A DNA stretch of 64,000 nucleotides from a virus (Duplodnaviria > Caudoviricetes). The position numbers and the translations under genes are program-made. The stretch spans positions 32,001 through 96,000 of IMG/VR virus record IMGVR_UViG_3300028048_000068; one strand, 5' to 3'. Numbering within the stretch: position 1 is the first letter of the stretch; each line of letters opens with the position of its first letter. This document shows positions 27,801 to 37,218 of the stretch, piece by piece. The notes beneath the pieces were generated by a model. The model was given only the letters and a program-made list of their open reading frames with translations. It did not search any database and had not been told where the DNA came from.

Positions 27801-30800
27801 TGAAGCGTATGACTCAGCAAAACAAGAAACTTCTGAGTTAGCTGATGCAATTGAGCAAGTTAAAACCAATGAAGATGCGTTTGACGGATTGGTAGTAGGC
27901 ACAGCTGCATTTAATGAACAGCTTGTTAATGCTAATGAGCAAATAATGGAACTTATTAAAAAGTATCCAATGCTTAATGACTATTTAACTACAGATAAGA
28001 ATGGTCTTATGCACATTAGTGGTGAAGGTCTTAATGCGGTTAAAGAATATCAAAAGCAACGTCAAGCTAATGCAAGTGCATTAAATTTAATTCAAACTGC
28101 TGATTTAAATAGTGAAGAATCTCGTCAAAAGGCTCAACAAATGCGTAAGATTAAAGGTACTGATACTACAGAATCTTATAATCAACGCTTAAAAGAAGCT
28201 GATTTAGTCGAACAACAAGCTAAAGCACAACAAGAAATGGCGAAACTAAATGCTGTAAATACAGCTTTAGTTGATAAAGAAATACATAATCGTGAAAAAG
28301 TTTCTGCTATTATGGCAGAACAATATGATGCTCGTAAAAATGCAGTCAATCTTGAGGGTGAATCAATTCATGACTTAAAACAAGAATATGCTGATTTTTA
28401 TGGCTATAAATATGATAAATCTACAAAAAAACTTACTGATGTTGAAGGTAATGAAATTGATGTAGATAAAGATACCATTAAAGATGCAGTTAAAGAAATT
28501 AGGGTTATTACTAATTTCGAGGCAGATGGTAAATCACTTGATAGTATGCTTAATAGCATTGATAGCAAATTTAGCAATGCTTTAGGTGATACTTTTGCAG
28601 AATCTGGAAATTTATTTAGTGATATTATGTCTAATAATATTGATATAGATAGTGATTTATTAGAAAATCTTATCACTAATCCAGATAAATTACAAAGTGC
28701 TGTTGATGCTTTAAGTGAAAAAGAAATAGCTGCAGTACTTGGAGTTAGTGCCGATGCTGTAGCAGAAGCTCCTGATAAATATAAGAATGAATTAACTGAT
28801 AAATTAGCTGAAAAAGCAACCAATATCGCTGAAACTCAAGCTCAGTCTTACGCAGATTTGGCATCGATGCTCGCGCAAACTACTTCTGCTGATGTAAGTC
28901 AATTAATAGATGAAAATGGACAAGCTACCACAAAAGCACAAAAAGCTAATCAACAAGCAATTAAAGAACAATTAGATAAATTAACTACAGAGCAAAAAAA
29001 TACTTTATCATCTATAGGTAATGCTTTATCTGAAGGTGCTGGTGTTGAAACTATGCGTACCTTCATAAAACAAGCAACAGATATTTATACCAAAGGTACA
29101 CAAGAATCTATTACTGCTTTAGATAGCATTATCAAAGATGTTAATTGGAGTAGTCCTACTGCTAGATTAAAAGCATATAATGATATGATTAAGTCAGCAG
29201 ATAAGGATGTTCAAAATTTAGGAAATAGTTTACGTAATTCTAGTGAGTCTTCAAACTTATTAGGAGAAGCTTTTGAAGAATTCTACGATAGTTCAGATTT
29301 TCAAGAAATGGCAGAAAATATGGACAAATTTGCGGATTCTTCAGGTAAGCTTAATGCTTCTTCTATTCAAGAAATGGCTAAAGAGTGCGGTTCGCTCAAT
29401 AATTTACTTGATACTGGCGCCATTTCAGCAGGTGGAGTCGCTGCGGCCCTTAATGCAATGGGCGCAGATGGTAATATTACCATTCTTGATTTAAATGAAA
29501 ATTTACTTAAGTTCTTATCAACTGCAAATCAATTAGAAGATACGTTAGCGGAAGCTCATTCGTTAATTGAAAACTTTGATTGGGGTGTAGATACTGGAGA
29601 GTCAGAAGATTTCGCTAAAGAATCTACTAAAAAATGGAAAGAACTTTATGACAATGGTGAATTTGGTAATCAACAATTAGAAAATTATGCTAAGTTTGTT
29701 CTAGGTCAAGAACGTTGGAATAATGAATTAGAAAAATCTGGCGGTAATATTGAAAAAGCATTAAATAATATGTCTGGAGACATATTAAAATATTCTGATG
29801 GTTTTGAGCAGGCCTGGGTTGATATGGCTAATTCTAGCGCCATTCAAGATGTTCATTATGGTGAAGGTGGAGATATCATTTGGGATACCAAGGGTAAAAC
29901 CACTCAAGAATTAGTAGATTGGCTTGCTGAAACTAGGGGAATTACGCAAGAATGGGCAAAGTTGATGGTTGAAGACTTTGCAAATTATTCTTATGATTTT
30001 AAAACCGAATTAGCCGCTAATGATTTTAATGCTGCTTTAAAAAATGGCGATTACATTACTAGTCGTAAAGGTGCAGATGGCAATATTAATATAACCCAAG
30101 GTGAAATTCAAACACTTGCCGCAGCGCAGAATAAAACAGAGCAAGAAATTACAGCGGCGATAGCCAAATCTGCTGGCATTGCTGAAGATGAATTAAATAT
30201 TATTAAAAATATTGATGAAAAAGGTAATGTTTTAATGGGTACTGGTGACATAGCTTCACTTAATACTCAGTATAGTCAAGCAGAATTAGGCAAAAATACT
30301 ACTGCTTCTTGGATTTCTCAATATGTTGCACAAACTCGTCAAGGCCAAAGTATTGAAGGGTCAACAGATTTAAAGGCTGCCATTAGTGGAGCAATTGCTG
30401 ATGGGTTCCAAGCAGAACAAGCCAATGAAATGGCTCGTACTGAAGCTCTAAAAGCAATTGAAAATGGTGCACAGGTATTTTATGATGGAGTAGAGCTACA
30501 AAAAGAAGATTTAGCTGATTCACAAGCATTTGCTGATAAGATAACTGAAATAACAGAAAACTCACGTTGGAATGCTGTTGGAGAAGCTATTGCTCAAGGA
30601 TATATTTCCTATATTAAAGGTACTGAAAATCCTAATCAGCCTAATGATTCTAATCAAAGCGGCACTAGTGATTGGGAGCCTGCAAGTTATGGTAATAAAG
30701 GTTCTAATTTTACTATTGGAACACCTACAGAAGACCCGAAAGAAGAAGCTCGAAAAGCTGCAAAGGAAAAGTTTGATTCGTGGATACAAGGATTAAAAGA

Positions 30801-33800
30801 GGGAACAAATACACCTACCGAAGACCCTAAAGTTGCTGCAGGTGAAAAATCAAGACAACAATGGTCTGATTTGTGGACTTCAGTTAAACAAGCATTTACT
30901 GAAGGTACCCCTACTGAAGACCCTAAAGTAGAAGCAGCAGAAAAAGCTCGTACAACTTGGAAAAATATTTGGGATGGAGTTAAACAAGCTTTTAATACTC
31001 CAACTTCTACCCCTGAACCTAAACAACCGCAACCACAAAACAATACTGGACAATCAACAGTACAAAATCAAGAAGCTACAGTAACTATACATACTGAAGA
31101 CTCTGAATTAGATGCTACCAAAACTAAAATTGATACTGTAATAGAAGCTGCTTCTAAACCACAAACAGTTACAATTACTGCAAATACAGGAAAATCAACA
31201 GATACAGCATTAACAAGTATAAATAAAATCAAAGACGCTACAAAAGGCAATAATACTATAAATGTTAGCGCCAAGGTTAAAGGTAAAGATGATGTTAATA
31301 ATCTAGGGTCAATAATTACTAATGTAAAACCTAAAACCATCAGTGTTACAGCCAATGTTAGTGGTGCAAGTAAAGTTACTTCTTTAAAAAACGAAATTAG
31401 TAATTTAAAAGACAAAGACGTTTATATTACTACTCATAAGAAAACTGTAAATGATAAACCTAGTGGGGCCAAAGGTATTAACAATCATATTGCTCCACGT
31501 CGAAGTCTATCACTTGGCTCTTTAGCCTCTGGTACTCGTTATGGCAGATTAGGTCCTAAAGGACGTGGTGGTTTAACCCTTACTGGTGAAGAAGGGTTTG
31601 AGATAGCTTGGTTACCAAGTGAAAGTCGTTCAATGATACTCGGCGCTGACGGACCACAGATGATTAGTTTACCATCTGACGCTGTAGTTTATACACATGA
31701 GCAATCTGAAGATATTTTACGGAAACGACAAGAAATTGAAGCGGGTTCTCATGCAGGTAGACATAAAAAAGGTGGCGGTTCAAGTTCGGGTTCAGGCTCT
31801 AAATCTTCCAAAAAAGGAGGAAAGAGTAAAAAGGGTAAATCTAAAAAGAAAAAAGATAAAAAAGATAAAACTCCTACAATTAATAATTGGTCAATTGAAG
31901 AAGCTGTTCAATACAATATTGACCAGTCCCTTGCATCAATAACTGAAGAAATTTCTCTCCGTACCAAAGACATCGAAAAGAATCTCGAAAAAATTGGTAC
32001 GACCTATAATGACATAGTTGGCACAACTCAAGCCCAAATCGCTGCATTAGACCAAGTTAAACAAAAAAACAAAGAACTTCTTGAGTCAAACCAGCGTCAA
32101 CTTGCAGACTATAGAGCACAACAGCAATATGTAAGTTGGACCGATGGTAATGGAGAATCTCAACGTACATTAATTAATATTGGTCAATTCTTAGCTAGTG
32201 ATGGAAAAATCGACTATAATGCAATTCAAAGTTTTGCTGGTGGTAATCGAGCTTTACAAGAGGCCCTCTTTAAAGAGGTAAGCTCTGGTAAGGATATGGC
32301 TGATGGAATGCGCAATGCGCTTAAAGCAATTGCTGATGCTGATCAACAGATTGCAGACCTTGGTAAGAAAATTTCTGAAGCATTCTATCAATGGGAGAAT
32401 GAACTTACTGAAGTATATAGTTTAACAAAACGTATTAATAATGAAGTTTCATTTACAAATAGATTTACTTCTCAAGTAGAACTTGAACTTGCTAAACTTG
32501 GCGCAGGCTTTACTGACACCGCGAAAGCTATTGCAAATACACGAAATGTATTAATACGTAATAATGCTACTATTCAAGCACAAATTAAAAATCAGCAACA
32601 AATGGTTGCTGCTCGTCAGCGAGAACTCGAGGCAGCATTAAGTTATGAGGACGAAGTCAATAAATATAAAAAATTTGAAGCCAAAACCGATTGGGATTCT
32701 GAAGCAACCAAAACTGCGACACTTGAGTGGGCTAAAAATTTAGAAACAGGCGCAAGGCTTGGCTATAAATATGTTGCAGACAGTATTTTTAAAGATATTG
32801 ATGGGTCTATTCAATATCAAATTGATTGGGAAAAATTTAATGCAGATAATGAAGCTAATCCATATTCAAAAGCTGATTATGAAGCAATTAAGAAATATCT
32901 TGATGACCTTGATAGCGCGGCGACAGAGTTTAATAATTCAATTAAAGACCAAACAGACTTCATCAAGCAAACCTATGATGCTCTTAAGGAGTATCAAGAT
33001 TATGTTGCTGATATGGAAGATACTCTTATTAAGGGTGTTGAAGAAGAAATTGAAGAAGCTAAGGATAATGCAAAACAAATCAGTGATTCAATCACTAGCG
33101 CATTAAAAGACTTACTTGATGAGGTTAAGCGTAAACTTGATGAGCGTAGAAAACAAGAAGATAATGCGAAGACCGAAAGAGATATATCGCAAAAACAGCA
33201 ACGTCTTGCTATGCTGCGCGCGGATACCGCGGGCGGACATCAAGTTGAAATTGCACAACTTGAAAAAGAAATTGCTGATTCACAACAATCATATCAAAGA
33301 ACTTTAGAAGATCAATTACTTGATAGATTACAACAACAAGCTGATGAGGCTTCTGAACAAAGAGAGCGCCAAATCGCATTGATGGAAGCTGGTAATCAAA
33401 TTGATGCATCGACCAATAAAGAATTGGTTGACATGTGGCTGAAAGACCCTGAAAAGTATAAGGAAGAAATTAAAGCGGCATGGTTAGAAGCTCAAGGATA
33501 TGATGAGAAAGGTGAAGCTGGACAATATGTACTTGAAAGTCAATTTGAATCTGATTTCGCTCAATTAGTTACTGCCGTTGAGGAGTCAAATTTCAAAGAT
33601 AGTTTTAATGCATTAACAGCTGATACGAATTCACTCGCGGCATTACTTAATGAATTAACCAATGGACAACTTGGCAGAGAAGACGAACTTGCTCATAACA
33701 CTAATGCATTATTAGATGTTACAGATAGAAATACAACTTCTATTTTAACCGAAATGCAGAAGCAAAATTCTGCAGCAATGTTAAAAGCTAAAGGAGCAGA

Positions 33801-34908
33801 TGCGACCATTCTTAAAACTTTGGGCTATACAGCTCAACAAATGCTTGAAGGCAATTATACACCTGAAGAATTACGACAAGCTGGCTATACTGCAAAAGAA
33901 CTTGCAGAAGGTGGACTAACTGATGTAAGTGCTTTAAAGAATGCTGGATATGGCGCAAAAGATATAAAAGATGCCAATGTTGGTAATGCATCTGATTTCA
34001 AAGAAGCTGGATTTACTGCTGAAGAATTAAAGGATTTATTTAGTCTTGATGAATTAGTTGATGCTTTATTTGATGCTAAAGCCCTTAAAAATGCTGGGTA
34101 TGATGCCAATACTCTTAAGGGAGCGGGATTCGGCATTCAACAGCTGAAAGATGCAGGATTTACATTACCACAATTAAAGAGTGCTTTTTCTGCCACAGAA
34201 TTTGGTGCTGGTGGTATTAGCTATGACGATGCAAAAGCCGCAGGATATGGACTAAATGATTTAAAGCCAGTACTCGAATATGCATCTCGAGCACAACAAG
34301 AACAAGCTGCTATCGACGCGGCCGCGGCCGCTGCGGCAGCCGCAGCACGTGTAGGCAATGGAAATCCTTATGGCGCTGCAAGTCAAACCTCTGGCAAAAT
34401 TAATAAAGGTGATAAAGGAAATCAAGTTCGTTCAATTCAATGGGCTCTTAAACAAATGGGATATTACCATAACTCTATTGATGGAGATTTTGGTAATAAT
34501 ACGAAAAATGCAGTTAAGGCATTTCAAAGAGCTACTGGTATTAGTCAAGATGGAGTGGTTGGAAATCAAACACGTAAAAAATTTGCGGTTTATGGTTATA
34601 AAACCGGTGGTCTTGCTGATTATACCGGTCCAGCTTGGCTCGATGGTACCCCATCAAAACCAGAGCTTGTACTTAATCCAACAGACACAAAGAATTTCCT
34701 TGCACTTCGCGACGTATTAAGTAGTGCAATGAAGTCAACTAGCGCGGTTACAAATTCATATGGCGGCGACGTAATGTATGATATTAATATTCATGTAGAT
34801 AAGATTGAAAAAGATTACGACGTAGATAGAGTAGTAGATAAAGTTAAAAAAGAAATTACAAAAGGCGCCAGTTATAGAAATGTAACGCAAGTTAGAAACT
34901 TTAAATAA
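24898..34908 (+). CDS. Tail tape measure protein with C-terminal peptidoglycan-binding domain
   Basis: TP901-type core (ELDAAMT...AALRGF...AAGSRQQSRF); C-terminal GDKGNQVRSIQWAL..DGDFGNNT..AV.AFQ...G...DGVVG. Confidence 0.9.
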   Translation: MSDQVIGVTIKGIGDFSDVVSNVGSVQKALAKLKLPDKLGDSLNKNITAFYKEYEKYQKKITEGVKTQGDYNQVEKSLNNMRSLYQAIGKDAQKLTQLDMKDMLNLDTGEVKKIMDELTSVVKQIGSVKIDTTPFTKAFADIRSITKNSKISGDNGLLSQIIGSVNTGQIAAAKKQLQELENYAKKVAPRTTETGARMPGTLSAEKYQQLTAAIGVMNGAVAQAEAAMNPLIERQNDLQKELDETKQKAAQGIKNEFDGYNQASNQVDNLTESLKRMHQEEFNFNRQATDISRQIQQYFGLTQIIRKVGDIARDAFATVKELDAAMTQTAVVTNFSVGDMWDMLPTYTAQANQLGSTIKDVYEAATLYYQQGLNTNQAMSLANETLKMARIAGLGAADATNMMTAALRGFNMEINQQSAQKINDIYSELAAITASDTKEIGSAMERTASIANSANMEFATTSAFLAQMIETTREAPENLGTAMKTIVARFQEMKQDPTKLIDSEGVAMDANKVDKALKTIGVNLMNTKGEFRDLDDVFLEIASKWNSLSQGQQRYIATIAAGSRQQSRFIAMMSNYERTMELVDAANNSAGASQRQFEKTLDSMEAKLNKLKNAWDQFTMGLMNNQILKFGVSALTEGFTIINKFIDILGKIPPKPFEGVTKSLLTLVSTVGLLKLGGRGASAISGGIFGWLGGEGFSKGFNAGWARPGKNNQPGGETNKPTNGIIKQSQFSAPIVKDINSGKIANAIVQQFNKAKQQINSIPWNTTIAVDNLIDQSALTAEGKEAGHKLWLSIQQEVNNGTLKPELATIAFQNRFQGNIDFTQLSGEEERVEQLSSRFDGLGTKISSAGMSLQQFGSVLQGTPLEPFGNFLTRIGTLMVTVGDTAVKVGRKLVTAFMKAKTASVAAGGGLSGLKAGASAFIGVFTKIPPHILLIIAAIAAAIAVVHHFATANKRALEAVTDAAAAASEAYDSAKQETSELADAIEQVKTNEDAFDGLVVGTAAFNEQLVNANEQIMELIKKYPMLNDYLTTDKNGLMHISGEGLNAVKEYQKQRQANASALNLIQTADLNSEESRQKAQQMRKIKGTDTTESYNQRLKEADLVEQQAKAQQEMAKLNAVNTALVDKEIHNREKVSAIMAEQYDARKNAVNLEGESIHDLKQEYADFYGYKYDKSTKKLTDVEGNEIDVDKDTIKDAVKEIRVITNFEADGKSLDSMLNSIDSKFSNALGDTFAESGNLFSDIMSNNIDIDSDLLENLITNPDKLQSAVDALSEKEIAAVLGVSADAVAEAPDKYKNELTDKLAEKATNIAETQAQSYADLASMLAQTTSADVSQLIDENGQATTKAQKANQQAIKEQLDKLTTEQKNTLSSIGNALSEGAGVETMRTFIKQATDIYTKGTQESITALDSIIKDVNWSSPTARLKAYNDMIKSADKDVQNLGNSLRNSSESSNLLGEAFEEFYDSSDFQEMAENMDKFADSSGKLNASSIQEMAKECGSLNNLLDTGAISAGGVAAALNAMGADGNITILDLNENLLKFLSTANQLEDTLAEAHSLIENFDWGVDTGESEDFAKESTKKWKELYDNGEFGNQQLENYAKFVLGQERWNNELEKSGGNIEKALNNMSGDILKYSDGFEQAWVDMANSSAIQDVHYGEGGDIIWDTKGKTTQELVDWLAETRGITQEWAKLMVEDFANYSYDFKTELAANDFNAALKNGDYITSRKGADGNINITQGEIQTLAAAQNKTEQEITAAIAKSAGIAEDELNIIKNIDEKGNVLMGTGDIASLNTQYSQAELGKNTTASWISQYVAQTRQGQSIEGSTDLKAAISGAIADGFQAEQANEMARTEALKAIENGAQVFYDGVELQKEDLADSQAFADKITEITENSRWNAVGEAIAQGYISYIKGTENPNQPNDSNQSGTSDWEPASYGNKGSNFTIGTPTEDPKEEARKAAKEKFDSWIQGLKEGTNTPTEDPKVAAGEKSRQQWSDLWTSVKQAFTEGTPTEDPKVEAAEKARTTWKNIWDGVKQAFNTPTSTPEPKQPQPQNNTGQSTVQNQEATVTIHTEDSELDATKTKIDTVIEAASKPQTVTITANTGKSTDTALTSINKIKDATKGNNTINVSAKVKGKDDVNNLGSIITNVKPKTISVTANVSGASKVTSLKNEISNLKDKDVYITTHKKTVNDKPSGAKGINNHIAPRRSLSLGSLASGTRYGRLGPKGRGGLTLTGEEGFEIAWLPSESRSMILGADGPQMISLPSDAVVYTHEQSEDILRKRQEIEAGSHAGRHKKGGGSSSGSGSKSSKKGGKSKKGKSKKKKDKKDKTPTINNWSIEEAVQYNIDQSLASITEEISLRTKDIEKNLEKIGTTYNDIVGTTQAQIAALDQVKQKNKELLESNQRQLADYRAQQQYVSWTDGNGESQRTLINIGQFLASDGKIDYNAIQSFAGGNRALQEALFKEVSSGKDMADGMRNALKAIADADQQIADLGKKISEAFYQWENELTEVYSLTKRINNEVSFTNRFTSQVELELAKLGAGFTDTAKAIANTRNVLIRNNATIQAQIKNQQQMVAARQRELEAALSYEDEVNKYKKFEAKTDWDSEATKTATLEWAKNLETGARLGYKYVADSIFKDIDGSIQYQIDWEKFNADNEANPYSKADYEAIKKYLDDLDSAATEFNNSIKDQTDFIKQTYDALKEYQDYVADMEDTLIKGVEEEIEEAKDNAKQISDSITSALKDLLDEVKRKLDERRKQEDNAKTERDISQKQQRLAMLRADTAGGHQVEIAQLEKEIADSQQSYQRTLEDQLLDRLQQQADEASEQRERQIALMEAGNQIDASTNKELVDMWLKDPEKYKEEIKAAWLEAQGYDEKGEAGQYVLESQFESDFAQLVTAVEESNFKDSFNALTADTNSLAALLNELTNGQLGREDELAHNTNALLDVTDRNTTSILTEMQKQNSAAMLKAKGADATILKTLGYTAQQMLEGNYTPEELRQAGYTAKELAEGGLTDVSALKNAGYGAKDIKDANVGNASDFKEAGFTAEELKDLFSLDELVDALFDAKALKNAGYDANTLKGAGFGIQQLKDAGFTLPQLKSAFSATEFGAGGISYDDAKAAGYGLNDLKPVLEYASRAQQEQAAIDAAAAAAAAAARVGNGNPYGAASQTSGKINKGDKGNQVRSIQWALKQMGYYHNSIDGDFGNNTKNAVKAFQRATGISQDGVVGNQTRKKFAVYGYKTGGLADYTGPAWLDGTPSKPELVLNPTDTKNFLALRDVLSSAMKSTSAVTNSYGGDVMYDINIHVDKIEKDYDVDRVVDKVKKEITKGASYRNVTQVRNFK

Positions 34909-34910
34909 GC

Positions 34911-34947
34911 AATAAAAAAAGAGGACTATTAAGTCCTCTTTTTATTT
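34911..34947. terminator. Bidirectional terminator between convergent blocks
   Basis: AAAAAAAGAGGAC-TATTAA-GTCCTCTTTTT. Confidence 0.85.
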
Positions 34948-34950
34948 GTC

Positions 34951-35337
34951 TTATTCCATAAAAGGCATAAGTACTTCTAGCTCATCTGGTGTACATTCTA
35001 CATCTTCTCCAAGGTCTGCAAGGGATAGGCCATAATTCTCAATCTGTACTTCCAGATTCTGGAGGTCTTCAAGTGCCTGATTACACTCATCAACCATGCC
35101 ATCTTTAATCATAATCTGATTCCCGTCCTCACTAAAAACAAGTTGGTCATTATCATCTTTCTTTGCGTACTTGTTAACGATTTCCTGGAATTTTTCTACA
35201 TAATATTCGCCTTCTACCTCAACTGCTTTCTTAATTTTATTTAACTTATAAGCTCCCTTAAGTGGAAGAGATGTTTCCGCAAAGAAATCTCCATTATTTC
35301 TAAAAGCAATTATTTGGTCCATTGTTACATTAACCAT
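34951..35337 (-). CDS. Hypothetical acidic phage protein (DUF1617-like)
   Basis: LPLKGAYKLNKI...Y...D..G; RBS GGAGGT. Confidence 0.65.
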   Translation of the reverse strand: MVNVTMDQIIAFRNNGDFFAETSLPLKGAYKLNKIKKAVEVEGEYYVEKFQEIVNKYAKKDDNDQLVFSEDGNQIMIKDGMVDECNQALEDLQNLEVQIENYGLSLADLGEDVECTPDELEVLMPFME

Positions 35338-35350
35338 TAACTAACCTCCA

Positions 35351-36124
35351 TTATTCCCAATCGAATATTTCGACTTTTTTCTTATGTGTTTCACTTATAT
35401 ATTTACCGATACCAATAGCATCAGCCACGTCATCAGAAACAGATACATCAAACCATTCTTTTACTCTCATTTGCATAGAGCGTTTTCTGTCTGCTCGTGC
35501 GCGTCCCTTGACTCCACAATGAGAGCGCCACGTAGCAGGTGGTACGATTACATAATCGGCTTTCTGTTCTGCACATGTAGCCATTAATATACCTTGTAAT
35601 CGTGCGAGTGTTTGATAAGTTGTTACTCCAACGGTTTTATTGTTTAATTGTTGTAATTGAATACCTTCAATACCTATAATATCAGGTTTCCAATTAGCGA
35701 TTAACTGTATAAGCCAGTTTTTAATTTCAATATCACGCTCAATTTCATCATCCGCGATCGCCTCAAAAGTACCAGCATAGATAAGTTCTCCATCATCAAA
35801 TATAGAATAACCAGTAATATGAGTAGCCTGGTCTAATCCAATTGAACGCTGTTTATCTTTTTTCTTTGGGATAATCTTATCATCGAAATAAGTAAATTGA
35901 TTTTTAATGCAAATAGGACATTCCCACTTGTCCCTAACCTTTTTATACGGCAGAAACACATGATGTCCTTCTTCACATATAAATTCAAGAGTTGAATCTA
36001 AATTCTTATATTCTTCTGATATAAGTTCCCAATTATGTTCTATCGCCGCCTTTCTTACATCATCAAGATATATTTTAGCCAATCGTACCTGTAGAACCGA
36101 ATCCGCCTCCGCGGTCTTCGCCAA
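35351..36124 (-). CDS. RuvC-like Holliday junction resolvase with N-terminal Zn ribbon (true start may be ~36082)
   Basis: IGLDQAT..TG, IGIE, PATWR, DDVADAIGI. Confidence 0.8.
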   Translation of the reverse strand: MAKTAEADSVLQVRLAKIYLDDVRKAAIEHNWELISEEYKNLDSTLEFICEEGHHVFLPYKKVRDKWECPICIKNQFTYFDDKIIPKKKDKQRSIGLDQATHITGYSIFDDGELIYAGTFEAIADDEIERDIEIKNWLIQLIANWKPDIIGIEGIQLQQLNNKTVGVTTYQTLARLQGILMATCAEQKADYVIVPPATWRSHCGVKGRARADRKRSMQMRVKEWFDVSVSDDVADAIGIGKYISETHKKKVEIFDWE

Positions 36125-37022
36125 TTTCTCCTACAGATTCCACTTGCACGAATTCTGCCTTTGGAACTTGAACTAATCGCATTTGTGCGAATCTCTGACC
36201 CGGCGCGATTGTATAAGATTCTCCATGTAATATGGATTTAATGTGTATGTTACCGGTGGAATCAAATTCGTAGTCGATATCTTTGAAAGGTGGCTCAATG
36301 TTTTCCACGATGACTCCAATTTCATCACGGTATCCGCTGTCAATGAGTCCAGGAGTGTTTGCAATTCGAAGTTTAGTTTTTGCCGACTGACCACTCCTAG
36401 GTTGGATAAGTAAAGCATATCCCTCTGGGATTGCCGCCTTAATACCTGTTGGTATAATAACCGTTTCGCCTGGCGCGATTGTATATTCATCTGGAGAATA
36501 TATATCCATCCCAGCATCTGTATCGTGAGCGTAAGTTGGAATATCGGTTCCTTCGGTAAGTTCGCAGGGTATACGCACCACTCGATTCATTGTATTGATA
36601 GTTTCTTCCAGTTGATTACTAACCATTGTATAGATTTCTTTAAGAAAATCCTTCTTTGGTTCACTTAAGAAATCAATTGAGTTAATTGCTTCGAGCGCAG
36701 TTTCAAAATCAGCCCTTGCGGCTTCTTTTGTGTAGCCCTGCGCGATAGCAAGTGTTCTAAACTCTGTAATACTTTCGGGCTCACGAAGCGTTTCTGCAAA
36801 TAGTTGTAAGAACTGCGGTCTTAACTCATTAAAAGAATCATCATCAAGACTCATAAGTGATTCAAACATATCAAGACCACCGATAAGGTCGATTGCATCT
36901 TGATTGTCTTCATAGAACTGTTGGAGCTCTTCATCAGATATTTCAGAATCAAATGTGTCTTCTTCGATAATTTCTAAACCTTTCTTTTCTTCATCATTCA
37001 TAATCGTCCCAAACTCCTCCAA
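36075..37022 (-). CDS. dut: Trimeric dUTPase with long acidic N-terminal extension
   Basis: Motifs AGMD, PRSG, GLIDSGYRDE, FAQM, RGGGFGSTG. Confidence 0.9.
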   Translation of the reverse strand: MEEFGTIMNDEEKKGLEIIEEDTFDSEISDEELQQFYEDNQDAIDLIGGLDMFESLMSLDDDSFNELRPQFLQLFAETLREPESITEFRTLAIAQGYTKEAARADFETALEAINSIDFLSEPKKDFLKEIYTMVSNQLEETINTMNRVVRIPCELTEGTDIPTYAHDTDAGMDIYSPDEYTIAPGETVIIPTGIKAAIPEGYALLIQPRSGQSAKTKLRIANTPGLIDSGYRDEIGVIVENIEPPFKDIDYEFDSTGNIHIKSILHGESYTIAPGQRFAQMRLVQVPKAEFVQVESVGEIGEDRGGGFGSTGTIG

Positions 37023-37218
37023 GTACTTTAGTTATTTTACATACCCAAACCTCTCCAATAATTTCACCTTTGGCCTTCTTTGTTTTATAGGTATATCCAT
37101 TGGCGCCGAGTATATATCCTTCGCTATGAGAATCTTTACGTGCCTTCTCAATCAGTGCAATAGCTTCTTCTTCGGTGTCAACAACAAATTCATCTGTCTG
37201 CTTAATTAATCTCATCAT
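36994..37218 (-). CDS. Hypothetical protein
   Basis: Operon spacing, RBS. Confidence 0.7.
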   Translation of the reverse strand: MMRLIKQTDEFVVDTEEEAIALIEKARKDSHSEGYILGANGYTYKTKKAKGEIIGEVWVCKITKVLGGVWDDYE

